From contig DYIF01000010.1 in assembly GCA_020723765.1 (NCBI GenBank), positions 750-64,749 on the forward strand: a DNA stretch of 64,000 bases, written 5' to 3'. This document shows, one piece after another, positions 54,250-63,435 of this stretch. Within the stretch, counting starts at the first letter, position 1, and every line of letters starts with the position of its first letter. A program made the position numbers and the translations under genes. Origin of the DNA: Elusimicrobium minutum (GTDB taxonomy: Bacteria; Elusimicrobiota; Elusimicrobia; Elusimicrobiales; UBA9959). A model generated the notes under the pieces. That model made no database searches and was not told where the DNA came from. It was given only the letters and a program-made list of their open reading frames with translations.

Positions 54250-54406
54250 TGCTGGTTCTAAGAAATGCGAATAGCATTTCGCGAGGACTCGAAAGCCCGC
54301 AGCGAGCTTAATCATACAAGCGAGCGAGGGGCGGTCTGCGAAAAAATTTTCGGTGAGAAAATTTTATTTGTAGGAGAGTCCTCTAGGGGGCGTGCTGGTT
54401 CTAAGA
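54233..54406 (+). repeat. 31-bp direct repeat of the tRNA-Arg 3' end (54233-54263 = 54376-54406), period 143 bp
   Basis: GAGTCCTCTAGGGGGCGTGCTGGTTCTAAGA is present twice, identical. Confidence 0.96.
54258..54383 (+). other. Structured non-coding element downstream of tRNA-Arg (homologous to 972-1099)
   Basis: Hairpins 54262-54280, 54297-54334 and 54335-54374; closing helix GAGGACTC(54283-54290)/GAGTCCTC(54376-54383). Confidence 0.85.
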
Positions 54407-54437
54407 GATAAATATATGAAAATTCATAAGGGTGGAT

Positions 54438-54668
54438 ATGAAGTTTAATTGTAAAGAATACGGAATTTACGTTTTAGTACCCACGCTAATAACAATTTTA
54501 ATATCTATTAGATACTCATGGAGGTTTTCAAGAAAAATAACAGAGAGCTTAAACTACGAAACGGGGTTCGTATTTTCTCTGCTCATAACCTTTTTCTTTT
54601 CTTTTTTTATCGCGCCCTATTCGGTTTATTTTTATGTCTGGATAGTTTCTTTGTTGTTCGGAAATTAA
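54438..54668 (+). CDS. Small hypothetical membrane protein (2 TM)
   Basis: 76-aa ORF with two hydrophobic segments and an AAGGGTGG SD-like sequence; no recognisable family. Confidence 0.5.
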   Translation: MKFNCKEYGIYVLVPTLITILISIRYSWRFSRKITESLNYETGFVFSLLITFFFSFFIAPYSVYFYVWIVSLLFGN

Positions 54669-54680
54669 AATTCTTATTGC

Positions 54681-54709
54681 TTGCTTAATAATCAATATTA
54701 TGATAAATT
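54681..54709 (+). promoter_or_regulatory. Sigma70-type promoter TTGCTT-17-TAAATT with extended TGn, 6 nt before ATG 54716
   Basis: TTGCTT 54681-54686, TG 54701-54702, TAAATT 54704-54709; no SD. Confidence 0.5.
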
Positions 54710-54715
54710 TTATTT

Positions 54716-56725
54716 ATGAGTTTGTTTTTTTTGTTTTTTTTAAACTTAAATATTTTTTCGGCGGAATCGGTTTATAAAATTTACGATTCGGCTATAAAAA
54801 GCTGGTTTGACGGAAGGATATCCGATTCCATAGGCTCTCTGGAATATATCGTTTATAACTCCACCGACGATAATCTAACTTTAAAAGCCGGAAAAGACCT
54901 TATGGTTCTTTTAGCCGAAACAAACGAAAACTCTCTGGCAATAGCTTACATAGACAAACTCAAGGCTATAAAACAGAACGATCCTTACTTAGAATTTGAA
55001 AAATCTTTCAATCTTTTTTCTCTTAACAAATATAAAGAATCTTCTGATAATTTTGATAACGTATTCGCTACCACAAACGACGAAGATTTGATTTATTTTT
55101 CGCGGTTTGTAAAAAGCATGGTGGAGATGAATTTAAGCGGATATGAAAAATCTATGGACGAACTTCAAACCGTTTATAAAAAATATCCTTCGCTTTTAGC
55201 CCCTTCTTCTTATCTTATATCCGATATGTTTAATCGGATGGGCAAAAAATTATCTGCGTTGAACTTTATAAAAGATTCTTTGAAATACGACTCTCAAAAC
55301 GTTCAAGCGTTAATAGATCTGGCCGAGTTATACGAGGAGGTCCATTATTATCTTCCCGCATGGCAATCCTTCTATACTTTAAAAGAAATAGATTTTTCCA
55401 ATCCTTACTTTTTAAAAAAATCCGAAAAGTTAATAAAAAAAATAGAAAAAGAGCCGGACGAAATTTTTTACTGGACAAGACTCTCCTGGCCGGTTCATAA
55501 CGTCCCATTACAAAACAGGTCTTTAACCAATCCGATAAAAATATCTCTATATTCGGACGAAAAGGGAACCCCGGCTTATTTGGATTCTTTTTATTTCATA
55601 TCCAATTCGGATTTCGAGGTTTTCGATAGCGTTTTGGGCAAAACCTATTATGGAAAATCTAATATGCAGTATTCCATGGAATACGTAAAATCCAACAGAA
55701 TATTCGAATTAAGAGATAACTCCAGATCCAAACTTTATTCCACAAGAAACAATTTTGATATAAGACTAAAAGATCCTAACGGAGTTTTGTTGATAAAAAA
55801 ACCTTCGGTTTCCGAAGTCTTTTCCGGAGTAAACAAAAGCGATATGGAGATTTCAAATAAGCTTGAGGTTATAGTCTCAACCTCGGGAATGACTCTTTAC
55901 AATCAAACATATATTGATCATATAATACCTTCAATGGTCTCGGTGATAAAAGGTCCGAAAGACACTTACGAGTTTGTAAAAGCGCTTACCGTAATGGTTC
56001 GAACCTATCTTTTAAGAAAAATAAACGCTTCAAAAAATTATGTTTTGCCCGATTCCGATAAAAAGTTTTTGTTTAAAGGACTGCAATATGAAAAAGAGCA
56101 GTATGTATCCGCGCTTAAAGAGACGGCAAATCAAGTTTTGACCGACAACTCGGGTTCTTATTTGGACGTTTCATATTCTCTAAATTCGGCCGGAAAAACC
56201 TTGTCGGGAGTCGACGATAATTCGTCAAAACCGTCTTCTTTGACGCCTTTTGAGTTATTCAGATGGATAAGTTTCGATTTTTTCAAAAAACCCGCAAACT
56301 CCATACCACAAGACCAAACGCTTCTTTCCGAAATATCTTGGCTTGTATTGTTAAAACCCAAATGGATAGAAGATAGATTAAATAGAGAATATAAAATAGG
56401 TAAAATAAAAAACATATATGTTCTTAAAAGAGACGAGTTTGGAATAGTAAAATCTATAAAGGTTGAAGGAACCGCGGCCAATGCGGAAATAAACGGAGAA
56501 GATGAGATAAAAAGATTTTTGTCCGGATCCACTCTTCGCTCAAATCTATTCTATATAAGGCCGATTATGAAAGGGAAATTCCCCGAGTTCTTTATAATAA
56601 AGGGCGTTGGAACCGGAAATTTTACGGGGCTATGCGTCTACGGGGCGAATTACTTATCTAAAAATATGGGTTATAATTACAAACAACTCTTAAAACATTA
56701 TTTCCCAAACGCAGTATTAAGATGA
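54716..56725 (+). CDS. Secreted TPR protein with divergent SpoIID/LytB-like C-terminal domain
   Basis: N-terminal TPR-like helices; EFVKALTVMVRTY, LRSNLF and GVGTGNFTGLCVYGA..MGYNYKQLLKHYFP match the SpoIID fold. Confidence 0.75.
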   Translation: MSLFFLFFLNLNIFSAESVYKIYDSAIKSWFDGRISDSIGSLEYIVYNSTDDNLTLKAGKDLMVLLAETNENSLAIAYIDKLKAIKQNDPYLEFEKSFNLFSLNKYKESSDNFDNVFATTNDEDLIYFSRFVKSMVEMNLSGYEKSMDELQTVYKKYPSLLAPSSYLISDMFNRMGKKLSALNFIKDSLKYDSQNVQALIDLAELYEEVHYYLPAWQSFYTLKEIDFSNPYFLKKSEKLIKKIEKEPDEIFYWTRLSWPVHNVPLQNRSLTNPIKISLYSDEKGTPAYLDSFYFISNSDFEVFDSVLGKTYYGKSNMQYSMEYVKSNRIFELRDNSRSKLYSTRNNFDIRLKDPNGVLLIKKPSVSEVFSGVNKSDMEISNKLEVIVSTSGMTLYNQTYIDHIIPSMVSVIKGPKDTYEFVKALTVMVRTYLLRKINASKNYVLPDSDKKFLFKGLQYEKEQYVSALKETANQVLTDNSGSYLDVSYSLNSAGKTLSGVDDNSSKPSSLTPFELFRWISFDFFKKPANSIPQDQTLLSEISWLVLLKPKWIEDRLNREYKIGKIKNIYVLKRDEFGIVKSIKVEGTAANAEINGEDEIKRFLSGSTLRSNLFYIRPIMKGKFPEFFIIKGVGTGNFTGLCVYGANYLSKNMGYNYKQLLKHYFPNAVLR

Positions 56726-57846
56726 AAATAAAAATAGTTCATATAATAACCAAATTGGAGCTTGGCGGAGCTCAGGGCAATACCATATATACGGTATCCA
56801 ATCTGGATAAAGATAAATTTGATGTTACCCTTATTTGCGGAAGAGGAGGGGTGCTTGACGAAAAGACGGGAAAGATTAATGTCATTTTTATAGACGATTT
56901 GGTTAGAGAAATTTCACCATTTAAAGATATAAGAGCTTTTTTGAAAATATACAAAATTATTAAAGAAAAAAAACCGGATATAGTTCATACCCATTCTTCA
57001 AAAGCCGGGATAATAGGAAGGTTTGCCTCTTTTTTTGCGGGAGTTAAAAAGATAATACATACATATCACGGATTCGGATTCAACGATTATCAAAACATGT
57101 TTGTAAAATATTTTTATATTCTTATAGAAAAGATCTCCTGCGTTATATCCGACAGGATAATATTCGTTTCAAAAGACAATATTAAAACGGCGTTGAGATA
57201 CGGCATAGGAAAATCTATAAAATACGAGCTGATAAGAAGCGGAATAAAATTATCCGATTATTCGAATAGGAAAAACTACGAATTTATAAAAAAATTGGGA
57301 ATAGAAAAAAACAACTCCGTAATAATATCTACCGTGGCCAATCTAAAACCCCAAAAAAATCCCGAAGACTTCTACGAGGTCGCCAAAAACATAATAAACT
57401 CGGGGTATGACGTTTATTTTATATACGCCGGAGGTGGAGAAAGGCTCGAATATTTCAAAAAGAAAGCGGAACTCGATAAAATAAGTAGCAAAATTTTTTT
57501 CGTGGGATGGGTTTTAAAACCTTTCGACGTATATTCCTGTTCGGATATTTTTATCTTAACTTCTTTATGGGAAGGATTGCCGAGAAGTCTTGTGGAAGCG
57601 ATGAGCTCGGGAGTGGTTCCTGTATGCTACAAAACGGACGGAGTTAATGATATAATAATAGATGGAACAAACGGCTTTATAGTCGAGCAAAAAAACATTA
57701 AAAAAATGACGGATACAGTAAAAAAATTGATAGAAGATCCTAAACTTTTAGAGGAGATAAAAGAGAATGTGTTAAAAACCGATCTTTCCGAATTCGATAT
57801 AGATTTTATGGTTAAAAAACAAGAGGAACTTTATTTAAATTTATGA
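56722..57846 (+). CDS. Glycosyltransferase family 4
   Basis: ITKLELGGAQ, PDIVHTHSSKAG, HTYHG, SLWEGLPRSLVEAM. Confidence 0.93.
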   Translation: MKIKIVHIITKLELGGAQGNTIYTVSNLDKDKFDVTLICGRGGVLDEKTGKINVIFIDDLVREISPFKDIRAFLKIYKIIKEKKPDIVHTHSSKAGIIGRFASFFAGVKKIIHTYHGFGFNDYQNMFVKYFYILIEKISCVISDRIIFVSKDNIKTALRYGIGKSIKYELIRSGIKLSDYSNRKNYEFIKKLGIEKNNSVIISTVANLKPQKNPEDFYEVAKNIINSGYDVYFIYAGGGERLEYFKKKAELDKISSKIFFVGWVLKPFDVYSCSDIFILTSLWEGLPRSLVEAMSSGVVPVCYKTDGVNDIIIDGTNGFIVEQKNIKKMTDTVKKLIEDPKLLEEIKENVLKTDLSEFDIDFMVKKQEELYLNL

Positions 57847-58769
57847 GTAAAATATCCGTAATAGTTCCGGTCTACGACGAAGAAGAAAATATAAGCCCGC
57901 TTTATTCGGAAATTGTTAGCCGGTTGAACGAATTTGAGCTCGTATTCGTAGACGACGGAAGCAAAGACAAAAGCTGGGATAAAATAAAAGAAATAGCTTT
58001 AAAAGATAAAAGAGTAAAGGCGATAAGATTTACCAGAAACTTCGGCCAGACTCAGGCTATTAAAGCTGGGATTAAAAACTCAACCGGCGAAGTAATAGTT
58101 ATTTTAGATTCTGACCTTCAAAACGATCCCGCCGATATACCGAAACTTATGGCGGAGCTTGAAAAGGGCTACGACCTGGTAAGCGGGTGGAGGAAAAAAA
58201 GAAACGACCCTTTTTTTACCAGAGTTTTGCCTTCTAAAATTGCGAACAAAATAATTTCTTTTTCAACCGGAGTCTATCTTCACGACTACGGATGCAGTTT
58301 GAAGGCTTATAAAAGGGAGATTATAGAAAAAATAGACCTTTACGGCGAAATGCACAGGTTTATACCGGCGCTGTGCAGTTATGTCGGGGCGAAGATATCC
58401 GAAGTAGAGGTAAACCACAGACCGAGAATAAAAGGAAAGTCCAAGTATGGAATGATAAGGATATTTAAAGTCATTCTGGACCTTTTGACAGTTAAGTTTA
58501 TGGGTAACTTTATGACCAAGCCCATATACTTTTTCGGCATTTTTTCATTCGGTCTTATCTCGATTTCTTCTTTGTTTTTTTTGATTACCCTCTACAATAA
58601 ATGGTATAATCATATATTTGTGAAGGACCAGCCGCTTTTTTTGGTCGCAATATTTCTTTCGCTGGCGGGCCTTCAGCTCGGATTGATAGGCGTAATAGCC
58701 GAGATGCTTACGAGGATCTACTATTCGAGCGAAAAGAGAGATTATTATATAAAAGAAAAGATTTTATGA
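57843..58769 (+). CDS. Glycosyltransferase family 2 (polyprenol-phosphate glycosyltransferase, ArnC/GtrB-like)
   Basis: ISVIVPVYDEEEN, VDDGSKD, RNFGQ, DSDLQNDP, HRFIP; two C-terminal TM helices. Confidence 0.93.
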   Translation: MSKISVIVPVYDEEENISPLYSEIVSRLNEFELVFVDDGSKDKSWDKIKEIALKDKRVKAIRFTRNFGQTQAIKAGIKNSTGEVIVILDSDLQNDPADIPKLMAELEKGYDLVSGWRKKRNDPFFTRVLPSKIANKIISFSTGVYLHDYGCSLKAYKREIIEKIDLYGEMHRFIPALCSYVGAKISEVEVNHRPRIKGKSKYGMIRIFKVILDLLTVKFMGNFMTKPIYFFGIFSFGLISISSLFFLITLYNKWYNHIFVKDQPLFLVAIFLSLAGLQLGLIGVIAEMLTRIYYSSEKRDYYIKEKIL

Positions 58770-59173
58770 ACAAAAATGTTTTTGAGTACGACATAAAAAA
58801 GATAAAAAGAGACGGAGGGCTGACCGAAAACTACGACTCGGACATAGGCTTGTTTTCTGATTGTTTAAGCCCTATAACTTCGCTTAGCCGAATAAACATA
58901 TCCGTGGAATTTTACTTAAACGAAAACTCAGTTTTATTAACCGGCAAAGTAGATGCAAAAGCGAAAACCGTATGCTCAAGATGCGGAAAAGAAATGGAAA
59001 TAGATATGAGCGAAGAGTTCGAAGAAACTTACGAAGCCGAAGAGACCGTAAACATAAAACCTCTGATAGACGAGGCTTTGACATTATCGGAACCGTTGAA
59101 ATCAGTATGTCAAAACGACTGTTCTCAAAGGCAAGTGGAAAATTTCGAATTAAAAAGATTTAAAATAAAATAA
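58766..59173 (+). CDS. YceD/DUF177 family protein
   Basis: CSRC and L..P....C..DC motifs; directly upstream of rpmF. Confidence 0.85.
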   Translation: MNKNVFEYDIKKIKRDGGLTENYDSDIGLFSDCLSPITSLSRINISVEFYLNENSVLLTGKVDAKAKTVCSRCGKEMEIDMSEEFEETYEAEETVNIKPLIDEALTLSEPLKSVCQNDCSQRQVENFELKRFKIK

Positions 59174-59184
59174 GGAGAAACACT

Positions 59185-59394
59185 ATGCCAAATCCAAAAA
59201 GAAAACATACCAGATCCAGAAGAGACTTAAGAAGATATCAGGCATGGAAATTGGACCTTGTAAACCTTTCCGCCTGTCCTAACTGCGGAGCTTTGAAAAA
59301 ACCGCATATAGCCTGTCCTTCCTGCGGATACTATAAAGGCAAAGTCGCCGTGGTAAAAAAAGAGAAAACAAAAAAACAAGAAGAGAACAAATAA
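59185..59394 (+). CDS. rpmF: 50S ribosomal protein L32
   Basis: MPNPKRKHTRSRRDLRR, CPNCG..KKPHIACPSCGYYKG. Confidence 0.97.
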   Translation: MPNPKRKHTRSRRDLRRYQAWKLDLVNLSACPNCGALKKPHIACPSCGYYKGKVAVVKKEKTKKQEENK

Positions 59395-59412
59395 CATATT
59401 AAAACCGCGATT

Positions 59413-60462
59413 ATGAAATTGTGTTTAGACGCTCACGGCGGAGATTTCGGGTTAAGGCCAAATATAGAAGCGGCTATAAAAGCCGTTTCGGAGCTTGGGG
59501 TCGGGATTGTTCTTGTAGGAAGAGAAAAAGAAATAAGAGAAGAGTTTAGAAGATTGGGTCAAAACGAAATTCCAAAATCCATAGAAATACTCGACTGTAA
59601 AGACATAATAGATATGGGAAAGGAACCGGTTGAAGAGTGCAAATCTAAACCCGAATCTTCCATAATGGTTGGTTGCGAACTGGTAGGCGACAAAAAAGCC
59701 GACGCTTTCGTTTCGGCCGGCAATTCGGGAGCCATTATGGTATCCTCTCTTCTTAAAATAGGAAGGATAAAAGGAGTGGCAAGACCCGCTATAACCGTTC
59801 CTTTCCCTACCGAAAACGGTTTTTCTCTTTTACTGGACGCCGGAGCCAATATGGACTCCAAACCTTATCATCTTTTGCAGTTTGCCATAATGGGGTCAAT
59901 ATATATGAAAAATGTCGCGGGGATATCCAACCCCAAGGTGGGAATTTTATCCATAGGAGAAGAAGAAACCAAAGGAAATTCCTTAGTAATAGAAACAATA
60001 CCTTTACTTAAAAATTGCAAACTGATCAATTACTACGGTCCGGTAGAAGGTAGAGATATCCCTTATAATTTATGCGACGTGGTGGTAACGGATGGATTTA
60101 CCGGAAACGTAGTTTTAAAATTATCCGAAGGTCTTTCAAAATTTCTTTTCAAAGAAATAAAAAACGGAATATCTAAAAGCTTTATATATAAATTGGGAGC
60201 TTTGATGATGAAAGGAGTTTTTTCCGAAATAAGGAAAAAAACCAACCCAGACGAATTCGGAGGGGCTCCGCTTTTAGGCATAGACGGAGTGGTGATAGTA
60301 AGCCACGGAAAGTCTTCATCTTACGCCATATTCAACGCCCTTAAAAACGCTAAAAAACTGGTTTTGGAAAATATAATAGAAAAAATGAGAACCGAAATAG
60401 AACAAAGCATGGATAGCGTCAAATCTAACGCAGTAAACGGAGAAGTAAATGAAAGAGTTTGA
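59413..60462 (+). CDS. plsX: Phosphate acyltransferase PlsX
   Basis: LDAHGGDFG, VSAGNSGA, LLDAGAN, IGEEETKGN, DGFTGNVVLK, GGAPLLG, SHGKS. Confidence 0.96.
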   Translation: MKLCLDAHGGDFGLRPNIEAAIKAVSELGVGIVLVGREKEIREEFRRLGQNEIPKSIEILDCKDIIDMGKEPVEECKSKPESSIMVGCELVGDKKADAFVSAGNSGAIMVSSLLKIGRIKGVARPAITVPFPTENGFSLLLDAGANMDSKPYHLLQFAIMGSIYMKNVAGISNPKVGILSIGEEETKGNSLVIETIPLLKNCKLINYYGPVEGRDIPYNLCDVVVTDGFTGNVVLKLSEGLSKFLFKEIKNGISKSFIYKLGALMMKGVFSEIRKKTNPDEFGGAPLLGIDGVVIVSHGKSSSYAIFNALKNAKKLVLENIIEKMRTEIEQSMDSVKSNAVNGEVNERV

Positions 60463-61192
60463 AAACAAAGTCGTTTTAATAACGGGATCCGCGGAGGGAA
60501 TAGGAAAGACGATAGCCGAGGTTTTCGCCGAAAACGGAGCAAATCTGGTTTTAACGGATATCTCTTCGAATATAGAATCGGTGGCATCAAAAATAGCCGT
60601 AGATTTCGGAATTAAAACTTTAGGAATTATTCAAAACGTTTCATCCGAGGAAGATTGCAAAAAAGCGATAGACGAGACGATTAAAAAATTCGGACAAATA
60701 GACGTACTTATTAATAATGCGGGCATTACCAGAGACGGCCTTTCGATTAAGATGAAAGAAAAAGATTTCGAGGATGTGATATCGGTCAACCTTAAAGGTC
60801 CTTTTCTTATGTGCAAACACGCTTTTATTCATATGTCTTCAAAGAGATATGGAAAGATTATAAACATATCTTCCGTGGTAGGACAGACCGGTCAGGCCGG
60901 GCAGGCAAATTACTCCGCTTCAAAAGCCGGGCTTATAGGGCTTACAAAATCTTTGGCGAGAGAATTTTCAAAAAGGAACATTAACGTAAACGCCATAGCC
61001 CCGGGATTTATAACCACAAAGATGACCGAAAAACTCGAAGAAAAAGTTAAGGAATCTATAATTTCTCAAATACCGCTAAACAGATTCGGTTCACCGGCGG
61101 ATGTGGCGAACGTCGCGTTATTTTTAGCTTCGGATAAAAGCTCATATATAACCGGCCAGGTGATATCCGTAAACGGCGGATTATATATGTAA
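60449..61192 (+). CDS. fabG: 3-oxoacyl-ACP reductase
   Basis: TGSAEGIG, NNAGITRD, GQANYSASKAG, NAIAPGFI, YITGQVISVNGG. Confidence 0.95.
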   Translation: MKEFENKVVLITGSAEGIGKTIAEVFAENGANLVLTDISSNIESVASKIAVDFGIKTLGIIQNVSSEEDCKKAIDETIKKFGQIDVLINNAGITRDGLSIKMKEKDFEDVISVNLKGPFLMCKHAFIHMSSKRYGKIINISSVVGQTGQAGQANYSASKAGLIGLTKSLAREFSKRNINVNAIAPGFITTKMTEKLEEKVKESIISQIPLNRFGSPADVANVALFLASDKSSYITGQVISVNGGLYM

Positions 61193-61260
61193 CATAATAA
61201 TCATATTGTTTTTTTGTATTTTTTGATATAATATAAAATAATCTAAAACGGAGGAAAACG

Positions 61261-61512
61261 ATGGCAATGACAAGAGAAAATGTAGCGGAAGAAATAAAAA
61301 AATTAATATCGGAGTCTCTTTCTACCGATATAAACGAAATAAAAGAAGATTCTAAATTTGTAGACGACTTAGGGGCGGACTCTCTCGATATAGTAGAATT
61401 GGTTATGTCTATGGAAAATAAATTCGATATAGAAATACCGGATGAAGACGCGCAAAAAATAAAAACCGTAGGCGAAGCTATAGATTACATATCGAACAGA
61501 GTTTCGAAGTAA
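61261..61512 (+). CDS. acpP: Acyl carrier protein
   Basis: DDLGADSLDIVELVM..E.KFDIEIPDEDA; GGAGG RBS. Confidence 0.97.
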   Translation: MAMTRENVAEEIKKLISESLSTDINEIKEDSKFVDDLGADSLDIVELVMSMENKFDIEIPDEDAQKIKTVGEAIDYISNRVSK

Positions 61513-61515
61513 TTG

Positions 61516-62202
61516 ATGTTTTTTAATAACCATAAAGAATTAGAAGATAAAATAGGGTATTCTTTTAAAGATAAAAAACTTCTCGACAAAGCCTTAACTC
61601 ACAAATCTTATTCCGTTGAAAGAAAAATGATTTATCACAACGAGAGATTGGAGTTTTTGGGAGACAGCGTTGTCGGACTTATAGTCTCGGAGCATCTTTT
61701 AAAAAAATATCTCGATAAAGACGAAGGGTTTCTTTCGAAGATGAAATCGTATATAGTCTCGTCAAAAAATCTTCACAGATGGGCAAAAATAATAGAGCTT
61801 GACAAATATATAAAACTTTCAAAAGCCGAAACTCTTATGGGCGGGAAATCCAAACAGCAAATTCTCGCAAACGCTTTCGAGGCGGTTATCGGAGCGATGT
61901 ATATGGACGGGGGCTTCGAAAACGCCAAAAAATTCATATCGGGACTTCTTGAGGCAAACCACTACGCTCCGATACTTGATTATAAATCTCATATTCAGGA
62001 ATACTCTCAAAAGAAATACAAAACGCTTCCTCATTATAAACTTATCTCTCAAACCGGACCCGACCATAAAAAAAACTTTGTAGTAGCTCTTTATCTTAAC
62101 AATCAATATATATGCGAAGGAGAAGGCCAGAGCAAAAAAGAAGCGGAACAAAACGCCGCTAAAAAAGCCGCGGAAAAACTCCACATAAACAACATAAAAT
62201 AA
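61516..62202 (+). CDS. rnc: Ribonuclease III
   Basis: ALTHKS, HNERLEFLGDSV, ANAFEAVIGAMYMDGG, dsRBD GPDH...SKKEAEQ. Confidence 0.96.
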   Translation: MFFNNHKELEDKIGYSFKDKKLLDKALTHKSYSVERKMIYHNERLEFLGDSVVGLIVSEHLLKKYLDKDEGFLSKMKSYIVSSKNLHRWAKIIELDKYIKLSKAETLMGGKSKQQILANAFEAVIGAMYMDGGFENAKKFISGLLEANHYAPILDYKSHIQEYSQKKYKTLPHYKLISQTGPDHKKNFVVALYLNNQYICEGEGQSKKEAEQNAAKKAAEKLHINNIK

Positions 62203-62220
62203 TACTTTTCGGAGGATTCT

Positions 62221-63435
62221 ATGCTTTTCAATTTTAACGAAACCCACGAGGAAATAATCAAGCTTTCAAAGGATTTCGCAAACGGCATACTAAAACCTTT
62301 ATCCGAAGAATACGACGACAGGGAAGAGTTTCCTCTGTCTTTGTTAGAAGAGTATAAAAAGTCGGGCTTTTATTCCATTTTATATCCCGAAGAATACGGG
62401 GGGATAAACGCCGGTCTTACGGGATTGTGTTTATGCATAGAAGAGCTTTCGAAGGTAGACGGCTCTTTAGCTCTTCCTCCTGCGACTTCCGCTCTCGGAG
62501 CAATTCCGATGATACTATACGCAAACGAAGAACAAAGAAAAAAATATTTTCCGTTACTTGCTTCTGGAGAAAAACTTGCGGCTTTCGCTTTAACCGAACC
62601 CGAGGCGGGCTCGGACGCCACATCTATAACCACCCAAGCCAAAAAAGAAGGAGATTATTACCTAATAAACGGAATGAAACATTTCTGCTCTTCGGGAAAC
62701 ATATCGGACATTTACATAATATTCGCAAAAACCGCTCCGGAAAAAGGAGCCAGAGGAATAAGTTGTTTTGCGATAGACAAAAACGCCGAGGGATTTAAGA
62801 TAGGCAAGAAAGAAAAAAAATTGGGAATAAAATCCAATCCCACGACCGAAATATTTCTCGAAAACGTAAGGGTTTCAAAAAACGATATGATAGGACCGGA
62901 AGGGTTCGGGCTTTTCGTTTTGCAGGAAACCTTCGATTATTCAAGGCCCGGAGTCGCCGCGCAGGCCATAGGCATAGCCGAAGGAGCTCTGGAAATAACG
63001 GTAAAATATTTAAAACAAAGAAAACAATTCGGCCAAAGCATAATATCCTTTCAGGCGGTATCGCATAAAATCGCGGAGCTTGCAACAAAATTGGAAGCGG
63101 CAAAATCTTTTCTTTACCTGATAGTATCGAGAATGGACGAGTCCTATACGCAGGCGTTTGAAAACGCGATAAAAAATCAGAAACCTTTAAGAGAGGAATT
63201 AAAAAAAATATCAAAAGAAAGATGGACCAAATACTCCGCTATGATAAAGCTTTACGCCTCGGACATCGCTTTCGATATAACTCAGGAATGCGTAAATCTA
63301 TGCGGGGGAATGGGTTATATGAGAAGCTTTGGAGTGGAAAAATTTATGCGAGACGCAAAGGTTACGCAGATATACGAGGGTTCCAATAACATACAAAAAA
63401 ACGAAATAGCGCTTCAAATTTCAAAAGAATACTGA
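62221..63435 (+). CDS. Acyl-CoA dehydrogenase
   Basis: PEEYGG, AFALTEPEAGSD, RKQFGQ, GGMGY, RDAKVTQIYEGSNNIQ. Confidence 0.94.
   Translation: MLFNFNETHEEIIKLSKDFANGILKPLSEEYDDREEFPLSLLEEYKKSGFYSILYPEEYGGINAGLTGLCLCIEELSKVDGSLALPPATSALGAIPMILYANEEQRKKYFPLLASGEKLAAFALTEPEAGSDATSITTQAKKEGDYYLINGMKHFCSSGNISDIYIIFAKTAPEKGARGISCFAIDKNAEGFKIGKKEKKLGIKSNPTTEIFLENVRVSKNDMIGPEGFGLFVLQETFDYSRPGVAAQAIGIAEGALEITVKYLKQRKQFGQSIISFQAVSHKIAELATKLEAAKSFLYLIVSRMDESYTQAFENAIKNQKPLREELKKISKERWTKYSAMIKLYASDIAFDITQECVNLCGGMGYMRSFGVEKFMRDAKVTQIYEGSNNIQKNEIALQISKEY

Noticed and set aside
54233-54406. Prophage or genomic island bounded by attL/attR
   Set aside because: Only ~112 bp lie between the repeats, with no integrase or cargo. 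Reported instead as a miniature structured element.
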